From an uncultured cyanobacterium (lineage in GTDB: Bacteria > Cyanobacteriota > Cyanobacteriia > Cyanobacteriales > CAWUOF01), in the NCBI GenBank assembly GCA_963744145.1, contig CAVUSO010000001.1, positions 4,288,001 to 4,352,000 of the forward strand: DNA of 64,000 bases. Direction: 5' to 3'. The notes beneath the pieces were generated by a model, which worked only from the letters and a program-made list of their open reading frames with translations, was not told the DNA's origin and made no database searches. Shown piece after piece: positions 10,700-22,550 of the stretch (position 1 is its first letter; the number at the start of each line of letters is the position of its first letter). The translations under genes were made by a program, and so were the position numbers.

Positions 10700-11191
10700 C
10701 TACGGCACGCTACGCGAACAGAATGCTGATGCTAAGGTCTTGGATGTTATTAACAAATCAAGCTGGTTATTAAGATTATCTAAATCTGCTTCAATCTCAA
10801 TTATTTTTTGATTAGCTTCAGCATTATTTTTACTCAAACCTACATCTAAAGAAACTAAAACATAATTTAATAATTCTATTATTTTATTAAGAATCTCTAA
10901 AATCTGTAACTCTATATTTTTATCTATTGGCAGTGGTACTATTCTGAATAACAAAAAACAGTTATATAGACTAGAGGCAGATTTTAAAATACTTTCAAAA
11001 CCAAATATCATAGCTCCACCCTTTATCGGTGAAGATAAAATACGCATAGGTTCGTTGATGATCTCTGGCTCTTCATCTCTTTTATGTAGATTTCGTAAAC
11101 TATTTTCAACAATTGCTAAACATTCTTTTGCATCCTCAAGAAAATATTCAATTCCTGCTCTTTTGGTCTTATTCTGGTTTTCTTTAATCAT
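10700..11191 (-). CDS. Stand-alone Hpt-like (CheA P1-like) protein lacking the canonical His
   Basis: YFLEDAKECLAIVE...MRILSSPIKGGAMIFGF compared with the canonical xxRAAHSIKGGA. Confidence 0.65.
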   Translation of the reverse strand: MIKENQNKTKRAGIEYFLEDAKECLAIVENSLRNLHKRDEEPEIINEPMRILSSPIKGGAMIFGFESILKSASSLYNCFLLFRIVPLPIDKNIELQILEILNKIIELLNYVLVSLDVGLSKNNAEANQKIIEIEADLDNLNNQLDLLITSKTLASAFCSRSVP

Positions 11192-11474
11192 AAAAAGCTG
11201 GCCGATCTAATATTTAAAATATAACTGTCTAATAGCCCATAAGACTACTGATTTGAACGCAAATACTCTTACAGTAATATTATTTCATAACTTTAATACG
11301 ATCGCACCTAATCAAATATTGAAATGCGATCGCTATTCCTAAATCCCACTAGACGGTTGATTTTAGTTGATGCGATCGCCATCTCCCCAACCAACTCCCA
11401 AACATCACTAACCACAACATCATTCACAACGCGATCGTTCTCCCAAAAATAATAATGCGATCGCCATAAATAAT

Positions 11475-13108
11475 TCAAGTTTCCGTAGCAAAATCTTCTG
11501 GGTCAATATCCCAGTTTACCCAGCGAATTGCTGCTCTAGCAGAATCAAGATCGGGTGGAACACGCAAAACGTGAATGTGAGCTGTACTTGGACAAGTCAT
11601 TTTTAGTAAATGTATGGGTTCTATATCAATATTTGCATCAATCTTGAGAAGGGTATATTCTCGATAGCGATCAATTTCGATTGCTCCTAGCTCTTGGATA
11701 ATGCGATCATACCCTAGCTGCCGAATCAATATTCTCCGAATTTCAACATTTTCTTCTGTAAGTAACCATTCGGCTTTCCACTGGTTTAAATGCGTCCAGT
11801 AGCGACGTGGAAGATTGACAGCCAAAACAGTAAACCTCCAAATATTGATTGGGATGGTTAGCTAAAATAGATAAATCTTCAATGGGGTTACCATTGAGAT
11901 CAAGCAATCCTAAAGACTTGAGCTGTCCTACCTCAATTGGTAAGCTGGTTAGTTGATTATTAGACAAATTAAATCTGTATAAAGACTGGAGTTGTCCTAT
12001 CTCAATCGGTAAGCTGGTTAGTTGATTATTAGACAAATTAAGTCTCTTTAAAGACTGGAGTTGTCCTATCTCTGCTGGTATGCTTGTTAGTCGGTTATCC
12101 CCCAGATAGAGCTTGGTCAAAGAATGGAGTTGTCCTATCTCTGCTGGTATACTTGTTAGTTGGTTATACCCCAAACAGAGCTGGCTCAAAGAATGAAGTC
12201 CCCCTATCTCGGTTGGTAAGCTTGTTAATTGGTTACCACACAGATAGAGTTCGTTCAATGACTGGAGTTGTCCTATTTCTGTTGGCAAGTGTGTTAGTTT
12301 ATTCCCATCTAGAAGTAGCGTTTGCAAAGAACAAAGTTTCCCTATCTCTGCTGGTAGACTTGTTAATTGGTTGCTATTTAAGCTGAGATGGGTCAAAGAA
12401 TGGAGTCGCCCTATTTCTGTTGGTAGGTGTGTTAGTTGGTTCTTGTCTAGGGATAGCGATTTTAAAGAATGCAGTTTTTCTATTACAACTGGTATATTAG
12501 CTAAATAGTTTCCAGCTAACGAAAGTGTGGTTAAATAAGGGAGTTGGCTGATTTCGTCTGGTAGGTGTGTTAGTTGGTTATTGTCTAGGGATAGCGATTT
12601 TAAAGAATGCAGTTTTTCTATTACAACTGGTATATTAGTTAAATAGTTTCCAGCTAACGAAAGTCCGGTTAAATAAGGTAGTTGGCTGATTTCATCTGGT
12701 AGATTTGTTAGTTGATTATTGTCTAGAAAAAGCCATTCTAAAGAATGTAATTGCCCTGTCTCTATGGATAAGCTTTTTATTTGGTTATCTTCTAAATGAA
12801 GAATCTCTTAAGTTGTGAATTTGCCATATTTCAGCTGGTAGGTGTGTTAGTTCATTTTTACTCAGGTCTAATTCTTTTAAAGAATCAAGTTGCCCGATCT
12901 CAGCTGGTAGACTTTTTATTTGGTTATCAGACAGACAAAGTTCGCTCAAATTTAATAGCAGTCCTATCTCTTTTGGTAAAGTAATCAACCCTTTACACCT
13001 GAAATTAAGTTCTGTTATATCTAAGTAATAATAACTAAGAATTATTGCTTGTACATCTTGCTCTGCCATAACCGAGCAACCATCAATTATTCCTTGTACA
13101 ACTTCCAT
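11475..13108 (-). pseudogene. Leucine-rich repeat protein with C-terminal DUF6745-like domain, split by two 1-bp frameshifts (about 12805 and 11822)
   Basis: 23-aa LPxEIGQLxSLxxLxLxxNQLT repeats continue across the three ORF fragments; C-terminus has EENVEIRR...LKMTCPST...HVLRVPP. Confidence 0.75.
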
Positions 13109-13740
13109 ATCCGATATCTTTTTCCTTTACTTTATGACTCATTGGTAATCCTAAAAAATGCGATCGCTGCTGATCTTTATAATTTTTTCTAATTCTGCGA
13201 CTAACTGGGTTGCCTTAGTGATACTTGCGATTGCTCTCTCTGCAACTTTCACCCAAGCAGCACTAAGCATAGACTAACTCACTGGGAGAAATTTGTCTAC
13301 TACTTGGCGATCGCCCACCCAAACTCAAATCTATCTAGCCCTTAATTATTTGACCTAATGGTTTAAATGTTTCTGTACTGCGATCTCCTTTTTACCCAAG
13401 CAATAATCCCGACGATGGCCCTAGTTACGACTGTCCACAGCCAAACTTGTTTTTTTTTCCTACTGAATGGGCGCAAGAACTCTGGCCCCCGTATATGTAA
13501 TTCATCGATCTGGGCGATGTCCCGAATTTCCTCATGATCGGGTGAGGGTATGCTTAGGTATATTGTTGGTTAGGGATCTTGTCGGTTATATTTATCTTGG
13601 TAAGAGGATATTTTCCCAAGTCCCTTCTTTATAAAATCCTCATCGAAACTTTACCCAATGCTTGCAATTACCTATTGACCTACAAGTAGAAAAAAATAGA
13701 TGATTAAGTCAATGAGATATTTACTGCAAGGGAAAAATCG

Positions 13741-13971
13741 ATGACACCAATATTTCTAAATGACTTAATTGACTTAATGCCAGAAATTGCTCAAGCAGAG
13801 ATTAATATGGAATATGGCAGGATGGATGAGCATGAGAATATCTGGGCATCTACAATTGCTCAAAACAGTTCTAATCATCCTCACTTTGATGAAAAAGATC
13901 AGCTAAAAGTTATTTTAGATCATCTTGATCGTTCCTGGTGGATAGATCCCTTGTTAGAGTCAGATGTCTAA
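13741..13971 (+). CDS. Small acidic hypothetical protein
   Basis: 76-aa ORF followed by a terminator-like hairpin. Confidence 0.5.
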   Translation: MTPIFLNDLIDLMPEIAQAEINMEYGRMDEHENIWASTIAQNSSNHPHFDEKDQLKVILDHLDRSWWIDPLLESDV

Positions 13972-14046
13972 ATTCCTAGACTTGAACATTTTAATTTTTA
14001 TTTTGTCTGACCGCAAAATCAGAATTTTTCACTATAAATATTTCGG

Positions 14047-14080
14047 TAGCCCCTTAGACATGAGGGGCTATTTATTTTTT
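14047..14080 (+). terminator. Rho-independent terminator
   Basis: tagcccctt...gaggggcta followed by a T-rich tract. Confidence 0.7.
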
Positions 14081-14165
14081 GTGAGTGGCTACACAATTGT
14101 TGATATATTTAGTTAGAGCCGTTAGATTAGAGTGTCAAATTTCACCAATATTTTTATGAATATGT

Positions 14166-14194
14166 TTGACATTTGGTTAAATATATGGTATAAC
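14166..14194 (+). promoter_or_regulatory. Sigma70-type promoter for the site-2 protease gene
   Basis: TTGACA-N17-TATAAC. Confidence 0.5.
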
Positions 14195-14337
14195 AGCCAA
14201 AAATAGCCGTCAAAAGGAAAAATAACCAAATAAGTGGTTGTGCTAAATCTATTCTTATCAAAAAAAAAATCCAAGATAAAATTGATTAAGTGTTTTAGTG
14301 TAAATTCGGCTTGGTCTGGTGGAGCGAAAGTTTAAAA

Positions 14338-15861
14338 ATGTTGAATGTATCTGAAAATATGGCCACAATTGCCATTGTACTGGTTGCATTGGGGATCTTG
14401 GGTTGGGGATATTATCGGGCCAAACCTTTCGGGAAATTAGGAATTTTAGCTTGGTTACAGTCAGTCGTACTGATGCTACCTTGGTTAGTCTTCTTTAGTT
14501 TGTTCTCTGCTGGGATTTATATCGAGTTAGTGGGTGTAATATTGTTGCTAGTGGTTTCGACCGGAATATACATATTTTTGGGGTACAAACTCCGGTCCGC
14601 TAGTAACGATGCTCAGGTCCGATCGCGTTTAGAAACCATATTAAAATCAAACTCAGATCAGACTGATCCGGAACAGGTCAGTGATCCGGTCGCGATCGAA
14701 AACACGACTAAATCTGTAGCAGTCGGATTACCCGTACCAGCACAAATGCGTCCTCTACCTGATGAAGACTTAAAAATCATTCAAGGGATATTTGGAATTG
14801 ATACGTTTTTTGTCACAGAAACTATTCCCTATCAAGATGGAGCGATTTTTAAAGGTAATTTGCGAGGGGAAGTAGAATCCGTATATTCCCGACTATCTGC
14901 TAGTTTACAAGAACGTTTGGGCGATCGCTATCGGTTATTTTTGGTGCCGAGCCAAAATGACAAACCGATCGTCATTATCTTACCAAGTAGCAATGATCCG
15001 CAACCAGCAACTAAAAGTCAAAATCTCCTGTCTTTAGTGTTATTAATAGTCACCGTGATTAGTTGTTATGAAACTAGCGGACTATTAAAAGGGTTTGATT
15101 TATTCTCTACTCCAGAAAGATGGGTGGAAGCTTTACCTATTGGTACAGGAATTTTAGCGGTTTTTGCTGTGCATGAAATCGGACATCAGGTATTAGCTAA
15201 ACGTCATCAAGTGCGGTTTAGTTGGCCATTTTTTATTCCCACATTACAAATTGGCTCGTTTGGAGCAATTAATCGTTTTGAATCCTTAATCCCCACTCGA
15301 ACTGCTTTATTTGATGTCGCTTTAGCTGGTCCAGCAGCAGGGGGAATTCTCTCTCTAGTCATGTTAATCACTGGTTTACTTCTATCCCATCCTGGTAGTT
15401 TGTTCCAAGTACCATCAGAATTTTTCAAAGGCTCAATTTTAGTGGGAACTTTGGCGAAAATTGTCCTGGGTACAGATTTGCAAAAAACCATCGTTGATAT
15501 TCATCCACTCACAATCATTGGTTGGTTAGGATTAGTAATTACAGCGATTAATTTACTACCTGCGGGTCAATTAGATGGGGGAAGAATTGTGCAAGCTATT
15601 TATGGACGCAAAATTGCTGGTCGAACTACAGTTGCTAGTTTAATTATTTTAGCGATCGCGTCTCTAGCTAATCCTCTGGCTTTATATTGGGCGATTGTTA
15701 TTATCTTTTTACAAAGAAACTTAGAACGTCCTAGTCTTAATGAAATCACTGAACCTGATGATGCTAGAGCTGCTTTAGGTTTATTAGCATTATTTTTGAT
15801 GATTGCTACTCTTTTACCTTTAAGTCCAGGTTTAGCAGGTCGTTTAGGAATTGGTGGGTAA
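14338..15861 (+). CDS. Site-2 protease (peptidase M50, EGY-like)
   Basis: HEIGH, AGPAAG and NLLPAGQLDGGR motifs; multiple TM segments. Confidence 0.9.
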   Translation: MLNVSENMATIAIVLVALGILGWGYYRAKPFGKLGILAWLQSVVLMLPWLVFFSLFSAGIYIELVGVILLLVVSTGIYIFLGYKLRSASNDAQVRSRLETILKSNSDQTDPEQVSDPVAIENTTKSVAVGLPVPAQMRPLPDEDLKIIQGIFGIDTFFVTETIPYQDGAIFKGNLRGEVESVYSRLSASLQERLGDRYRLFLVPSQNDKPIVIILPSSNDPQPATKSQNLLSLVLLIVTVISCYETSGLLKGFDLFSTPERWVEALPIGTGILAVFAVHEIGHQVLAKRHQVRFSWPFFIPTLQIGSFGAINRFESLIPTRTALFDVALAGPAAGGILSLVMLITGLLLSHPGSLFQVPSEFFKGSILVGTLAKIVLGTDLQKTIVDIHPLTIIGWLGLVITAINLLPAGQLDGGRIVQAIYGRKIAGRTTVASLIILAIASLANPLALYWAIVIIFLQRNLERPSLNEITEPDDARAALGLLALFLMIATLLPLSPGLAGRLGIGG

Positions 15862-15984
15862 AAAATAATTAGCTCAAACAATAGAATATTGGAGATTTTT
15901 TTTCTGGTGATTTTAGTTGCGATGAGAGTGTTCTCATCGCTAATAACTACTTAGATATATAACATTATTGCACAATGATGCTCC

Positions 15985-16851
15985 ATGACCAATCATCACA
16001 ATGATCTGATCTCTGTTAATGCTATTCCTGGAGTGATTTTAGTATTTGATTTTAGTGCTTTAGTGATCGGTAAAACCCAGGAATGGCAGCATTACACAAA
16101 TACTGGTTTATGTTATTTACCTGGGTGTGTTTATCAGGAACTTAAATTACTAACTATCAATAAAAATCAAGCTGCTCCAACCAAATTAGCACAGGAGTTT
16201 ATGCTTTTTTGGTCAACCAGTGGTTGGAAGTTAACTAATACTCTAGCTGATCATCCTTTGCTCCAACCAGCTCTAGCGAATCAAAGCAAAGAAGCTCGAT
16301 TAATAGTTGCTGTAGCTCAGTCTGCCTATAGTTTATCCCAAAAGCACCAGAATAAGTTAATTATTTTAATTACTAATCATCAACTTTTATTAGAACGTAT
16401 CGAAGCTTTAAATGTGACTAATTTGAGCGGAATTAACCTAACTGCTTTGCGAGAATGGTGTCGCACTAAATTTCGCCCCCTATTAATTACTCAAAAACTT
16501 CAGAACATGATGCAGTTATCAACATCACTGACCATCTCATCCACGCTGTCTTCGCAAATTGTGCAGAAGGGTAATATTCAGAAAAACCCGAAAACTGTTT
16601 GGCAAACAACCCAGTTACAAGGGACAAAACCTAGAAAAACTCCACTAAAAAAACCTGTTTCTAGTTTATCATCGAAATCGCCAGTTACCTCTGGGCAACC
16701 TAGTCTATTAGCGTTGTTGATTTCTGGAATTTTAGCTTTCATGGGATTGACGATCATCACGGGATTTACTTGGCGATCGCTGGATCTCAGAACTTTTAAT
16801 CAAGTTTGGGATCATTTAGGTTTACCCGATTTACCAGCCGAGCTTTTTTAA
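15985..16851 (+). CDS. PIN-like domain protein with C-terminal TM anchor
   Basis: ILVFDFSAL...VYQEL...ILITN pattern; C-terminal hydrophobic helix. Confidence 0.6.
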   Translation: MTNHHNDLISVNAIPGVILVFDFSALVIGKTQEWQHYTNTGLCYLPGCVYQELKLLTINKNQAAPTKLAQEFMLFWSTSGWKLTNTLADHPLLQPALANQSKEARLIVAVAQSAYSLSQKHQNKLIILITNHQLLLERIEALNVTNLSGINLTALREWCRTKFRPLLITQKLQNMMQLSTSLTISSTLSSQIVQKGNIQKNPKTVWQTTQLQGTKPRKTPLKKPVSSLSSKSPVTSGQPSLLALLISGILAFMGLTIITGFTWRSLDLRTFNQVWDHLGLPDLPAELF

Positions 16852-16918
16852 GTTATCCCTACTATTTTTTTTTGCCAAAATATGCCAATATTTTAGCATT
16901 GAGATTAAATTCAAAATC

Positions 16919-18498
16919 ATGAATAGTGAAGTATCAACCGTCAATAATCATCCAGGTTACGATATTATTGCCTTTGGAGACGAAGTCCCAGGAGTATTAG
17001 GGATCGTATCTGCAGCAAGAGAGTATTTTCGTCAGACTAAAAAGTATCCCCGGACCTGCTGATCTCAAAAGGAAATTTCGCGATCGGAATTGGTGGAGTT
17101 TTAGTGAGAGGAGGTTTGGCTTATTTAGATAGAAGTCAAATTGATGGCAATATGCGTCAATCATTAGGTTTAGAGAACTTTGGCGCTCCCGCATCAATAT
17201 ATAAAGAATTTTTACAAAGAACGGGAGTAGTGAGTGTAGCACTTGATCCCCATCGAGCTAATCAAGTGCTGCGGGAAATGCTGTTAGAGTCTGGAGTTAG
17301 TCTGCTGGGTAACGCTCAGATTACAGATGTGATCAAAGAAGATCAAGTGATCAAAAGCATTGTGACATCTAATGGTCAGAGTTATGGAGCTAAACAATTT
17401 ATTGATTGTACTATTCATGCTGAATTGGCACAAGCAGCTGGGGTGAAAAAGTTGAAGGGATTTGAAACCTTTGGTTTACCAGAATCAGAATTAGCAGTTA
17501 CCTTTATTTTTGAAACTCAAGGGATTAGTCCGCAAACCCTCAAAGACATCGAACTTAATTATCTCAAACGTTTCACAGATCTAAATGATGCTCAAGCCCA
17601 AAAGTCCTTGCTCAACGCCGCTGGTTCAGATGCCAAGTTAGCAGAAAGACTAAGACAAAATATGGTTGATCAGAACGGGAAACTCAAAAATTTCTGGATT
17701 GGTCCTGATTATATCGATATTCGTTCTCCAGCTTTTTCCGTAGCTTATCATGCTTTTCGCGGCAAAAAAATCTCTCTCCCAGAAAAAGGTTTTATTTTTG
17801 ACTTAGCTAATATTGCGATTCTGCCTGATCAAAGGTTATCTTGGAATAACTTACTCTTTACTGTGACCGGTACTCAAGCAGAGGAACTAGCTCGAAATGG
17901 TGCCAAACCAAATGCGGCTATGTGCGAAGAAATGTCTTTTGTCGAAAAATGGTTTAAGAGTATTGGTGCTACTGGGGTAACTGCGGCTTCAGAAATTTAT
18001 ATTAGACACGCTGGTAATGTTACCGGAGTAGTAAAACCATTGACTGGAACTCAAATGTTAGCAGGAGGAGTACCAGCAGAGGAAGCTTTAGGAACTTTTA
18101 GTTATCATTTTGATGTTCGCGGTGGAATTCCCGGAATTGGTAATAAAGCTAGTGCTAAGGGAGTTTCTGGTTTGAGTTTTGGGAATCCGATTTTTAATTA
18201 TGGGATTCAACACTGTTTAATTCAAGATATTCCTAATCTCGCTGTTGTTAGTCCTAGTTCAGGATTTGAAGGTTTAGCTCCAGCCGCAGGTAGAATTGTT
18301 GAATTTAATAGTGGTGTTGCCCAAGGAGTTGGAATTGCTGCAACTTTAGCAATTCTGGGCAAAAAAAATTTAGCGGATATATCGAATCAGGAAGTAAAGC
18401 AAGTTTTAATTAATAATGGTCAATATCCGAAAATTTTTGGGATTGATCAAACCGCAGAAGCATCTAGATTAGGACAGTTAGAAACTTTGTTAGCTTAA
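16919..18498 (+). CDS. FAD-dependent oxidoreductase, apparent 1-bp frameshift at about 17056
   Basis: Upstream frame MNSEV...YDIIAFGDEVPGVLG...YPRT joins LISKGN...GGVLVRGGLAYLD of the 17104 ORF; FIDCT motif. Confidence 0.75.
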
Positions 18499-18630
18499 CT
18501 GGTTTTTGATCTTAAGGTAGTCTCTGCAAGATGGTGCAGGTACGAAAAATCAATAGACAAGAAAGCAAAAGTCAAAAATATTTGTTTGTAGTAACGGCTG
18601 TCTTCCCTCAAATATTGAGCATGATTGGGA

Positions 18631-20080
18631 CTGAACCATTCTTTGCCGAGCTCTCCCAAAATATTCTTAACTGAACCCTACAAAAATTGTCTCCTCTAGT
18701 TTGAATGCTGATTTATGATAGTCAATCTGTGTGATTCATGAACCCAGGGCAAAGCATTTCGGTCATAGATTTCGGTCGAGGCGATAATTTCTGAGCCGAA
18801 ATGCTTTGCCCCTACAAATATTACAAATATGGACAAGATTTGGTTCTTGTTTCCTGAGCGCGATCGCGAAGAGCCACAAAATCTGCATTATCATACAGTT
18901 TGGTTAATTGTAGGGGCGAAGCATTCGGGCGATAATTAATCACTCAAGCCTTTACCCTGAGCGTAGTCGAAGGGCATAATTTTAGATCCGAATGCTTCGC
19001 CCATTCTTTGCCGAGAGCTCCCAAAACATTCTTAACTGAACCATTCTTTGCCGAGCTCTCCCAAAATATTCTTAACTGAACCCTACAAAAATTGTCTCCT
19101 CTAGTTTGAATGCTGATTTATGATAGTCAATCTGTGTGATTCATGAACCCAGGGCAAAGCATTTCGGTCATAGATTTCGGTCAAGGCGATAATTTCTGAG
19201 CCGAAATGCTTTGCCCCTACAAATATTACAAATATGGACAAGATTTGGTTCTTGTTTCCTGAGCGCGATCGCGAAGAGCCACAAAATCTGCATTATCATA
19301 CAGTTTGGTTAATTGTAGGGGCGAAGCATTCGGGCGATAATTAATCACTCAAGCCTTTACCCTGAGCGTAGTCGAAGGGCATAATTTTAGATCCGAATGC
19401 TTCGCCCATTCTTTGCCGAGAGTTCCCAAAACATTCTTAACTGAACCATTCTTTGCCGAGCTCTCCCAAAATATTCTTAACTGAACCCTACAAAAATTGT
19501 CTCCTCTAGTTTGAATGCTGATTTATGATAGTCAATCTGTGTGATTCATGAACCCAGGGCAAAGCATTTCGGTCATAGATTTCGGTCGAGGCGATAATTT
19601 CTGAGCCGAAATGCTTTGCCCCTACAAATATTACAAATATGGACAAGATTTGGTTCTTGTTTCCTGAGCGCGATCGCGAAGAGCCACAAAATCTGCATTA
19701 TCATACAGTTTGGTTAATTGTAGGGGCGAAGCATTCGGGCGATAATTAATCACTCAAGCCTTTACCCTGAGCGTAGTCGAAGGGCATAATTTTAGATCCG
19801 AATGCTTCGCCCATTCTTTGCCGAGAGCTCCCAAAACATTCTTAACTGAACCATTCTTTGCCGAGAGTTCCCAAAATATTCTTAACTGAACCCTACAAAA
19901 ATTGTCTCCTCTAGTTTGAATGCTGATTTATGATAGTCAATCTGTGTGATTCATGAACCCAGGGCAAAGCATTTCGGTCATAGATTTCGGTCAAGGCGAT
20001 AATTTCTGAGCCGAAATGCTTTGCCCCTACAAAGATTACAAATACGGACAAGATTTGGTTCTTGTTTCCTGAGCGCGATC
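18631..20080. repeat. Tandem array of about 3.5 x 405-bp composite unit (two REP-like hairpins, 40-bp sub-repeat pair, HIP1 site)
   Basis: ctgaaccctacaaaaattgt recurs at 18671, 19076, 19481 and 19886 (period 405); copies are nearly identical. Confidence 0.95.
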
Positions 20081-20319
20081 GTTGTTATTCTCCTACTTTT
20101 TCCGGAGGTTTTAGCTTAATTCCTCGCAAACGATAAGCCGTACTGACACTAGCTTCTATAGCATTGTCCAGCTTATTGCTTAACCCATTTACAAAAGTTA
20201 ATACATTACCTATTACTTTTGTCCGACTACTTATATGATTATAACATTTTTAGGTTTTCACGCCACAGTCACGCCATTAGGGTGCGACGCGAAAGCTTGA
20301 TTGTTCAGTCAGAATTAGG

Positions 20320-22404
20320 TTAGGTCTGTGTAAGTTCTGCAATTGGCACAGACCGATACTTGACCGCAGCGATCGCTAAATCCCGCACTAGCTGTAATAA
20401 AGTTTCCTGACTATAAGCTCCTTTTTGGAGAATTTGCTGCACATAACCATTGAGAGACTCTTTTTCCGCATGAGATAGATCGATCGCTGTAATCACAATA
20501 ATTGGTAGCGATCGCCCGATTGGCATTTGTCGTAATTGTCTAATAAATTCAAACCCATCTACTTCTGGTAACATTAAATCTAACAAAATCAAATCTGGGG
20601 GATGAGCGACTACTTGCTCAAGTCCAATCCGACCATTTTCCGCCATGATTACTGTCCAACCAGCTTTTTCTAAAATTTTTCCTAACATCTGGCGAGTCAT
20701 AATATCATCTTCAACTACCAGAATTTGACTAGATTTTTCTTGTTCATATTTTTGCAATAAATTAGCTAATTGCTGATGATCAATTGGTTTGACCAAATAA
20801 TCGGTAGTCCCAATCGTAAAACCCGTATTTTTATCATCAACAAATGTCAACAAAATCACTGGTACATCAGCCAATTTTGGATCAGCTTTCAAAGCTAATA
20901 AAACTTCCCAACTATTCATCTCCGGAATCAACACATCTAAAATAATTACATCCGGATGACAAGTTTGCGCTAACTCTAATCCAGTCTGAGCAGTTGTCGC
21001 ACTTTCAATTTTAAATCCTTCCTGCTGTAAATGCTGGGAAATTAAAGCGTGAACTGCTGGATCATCATCGATGAGTAATAGCACTTTTTGATCAATAATC
21101 TGCTCAGATAGATGATCATTTTTGCTAGTTAATGGCTGATCTGGAAATTGATGATTTTCTGGTTCTTGCATATTTTTCTGATTGACGATCGCGGGGAGAC
21201 GAATAATAAAAGTAGATCCTACTCCTACTTCGCTATTAACCGTAATATCCCCACCCATCATCTGACAAAATTTCTTGGTGATCGTTAAACCCAAACCAGT
21301 ACCACCATATTTGCGAGTGGTGCTAGCATCTGCTTGGGTAAAAGCTTCAAATACAGATTTGATCTGTTCTGAATTCATCCCAATCCCCGAATCAGTAACT
21401 CGAAAAGTTAAGATCGAACTATCCAGAGTTTTACTTGCATCTTCCTCTTGTTCAGGTTTGACTTCTAAAATAATTATTCCCGCTTGGGTAAATTTAGCAG
21501 CATTACTGAGCAGATTAAATAGAGATTGTCTAATCTTAGTCGGATCAGAATACATTGGGCCAATATTTTCCGCACAAATAACCTGCAATTCATTACCTTT
21601 ATTTTCAATTAATGGCTGGATCGTCGATACGACTTCCGCAATTAAACTCGGTACATCAAAAGTTGTTAAGTCTAATTCCATCCGACCAGCTTCAATTTTA
21701 GAAAAATCCAGAATATCATTAATTAAAGACAGCAGATGCTTACCAGCTACATAGATGTTTTTCAGATCACCAACCAAGTCTTCTGCACCAGTTGCTTGGG
21801 CATCTTCTTGGAGTAATTCACTATAACCAATAATCGCATTTAATGGTGTCCTTAATTCATGGCTAATATTTGCCAAAAATTGACTTTTAGCCCGATTTGC
21901 TGTTTCTGCTGCTTCTTTTTGCTCTTGGACTAAATTATTCGCGATCGCTAACAGTTGAGCTTGACCTAACTGGAGCATATGAAAATCCAATAACTCAAAA
22001 TGCCCATCCTCAAATTCAATAATAATCGGCTCATAAACCAATTCGAGCGGACGATTTAACGCGATTTGCGCCGCAGTATGGATGGGACAAGATGCGGATA
22101 ATACCAGATGTTCTATTGGTAAAGAAGCGTTATTTTTAATGACATTTAATAAAACTTGGATCGGGCGTTTTAAATAAAGTTCTAAACTATAGGGTCTACT
22201 CATCCATGTGAGGAATTTTGCCCGAGAAATCATGCCTAACATTTGGGAGCCCTCAGCAACAATTACTCCTGGTAAACCTAAATGACGTTCAAATTCAGTG
22301 ACAACAATTCGTCCTAAAGTTGCCGAACTAATTTGAAAATTATGAGAAGGGAAATCTCCTAATTTAGAATCAAGGTTTAAAGGTGGTAAGTTGACATCTA
22401 GCAC
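20320..22404 (-). CDS. Hybrid histidine kinase (CBS-like input, HisKA, HATPase, 2 x REC)
   Basis: [10 protein letters not shown]-box, [17 protein letters not shown], two receiver domains. Confidence 0.9.
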   Translation of the reverse strand: MLDVNLPPLNLDSKLGDFPSHNFQISSATLGRIVVTEFERHLGLPGVIVAEGSQMLGMISRAKFLTWMSRPYSLELYLKRPIQVLLNVIKNNASLPIEHLVLSASCPIHTAAQIALNRPLELVYEPIIIEFEDGHFELLDFHMLQLGQAQLLAIANNLVQEQKEAAETANRAKSQFLANISHELRTPLNAIIGYSELLQEDAQATGAEDLVGDLKNIYVAGKHLLSLINDILDFSKIEAGRMELDLTTFDVPSLIAEVVSTIQPLIENKGNELQVICAENIGPMYSDPTKIRQSLFNLLSNAAKFTQAGIIILEVKPEQEEDASKTLDSSILTFRVTDSGIGMNSEQIKSVFEAFTQADASTTRKYGGTGLGLTITKKFCQMMGGDITVNSEVGVGSTFIIRLPAIVNQKNMQEPENHQFPDQPLTSKNDHLSEQIIDQKVLLLIDDDPAVHALISQHLQQEGFKIESATTAQTGLELAQTCHPDVIILDVLIPEMNSWEVLLALKADPKLADVPVILLTFVDDKNTGFTIGTTDYLVKPIDHQQLANLLQKYEQEKSSQILVVEDDIMTRQMLGKILEKAGWTVIMAENGRIGLEQVVAHPPDLILLDLMLPEVDGFEFIRQLRQMPIGRSLPIIVITAIDLSHAEKESLNGYVQQILQKGAYSQETLLQLVRDLAIAAVKYRSVPIAELTQT

Positions 22405-22550
22405 AATTATTCTCTGGTGCCTAAAATTAAAGTTAAACAGTTATGGCAATTTTCGAGTAGATGAAGAAAAACTTAGTCGTTCTGAGTGACAGCCCCTGAT
22501 TGGTGGTTTGCTCGTAAATGATAATTGAGCAGGTATTTTATACTTTTCCA

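Noticed and set aside
18631..20080. 405-bp array as a CRISPR array or coding repeat
   Set aside because: Intervening sequences are the same in each unit and the ORF track shows no ORF here.
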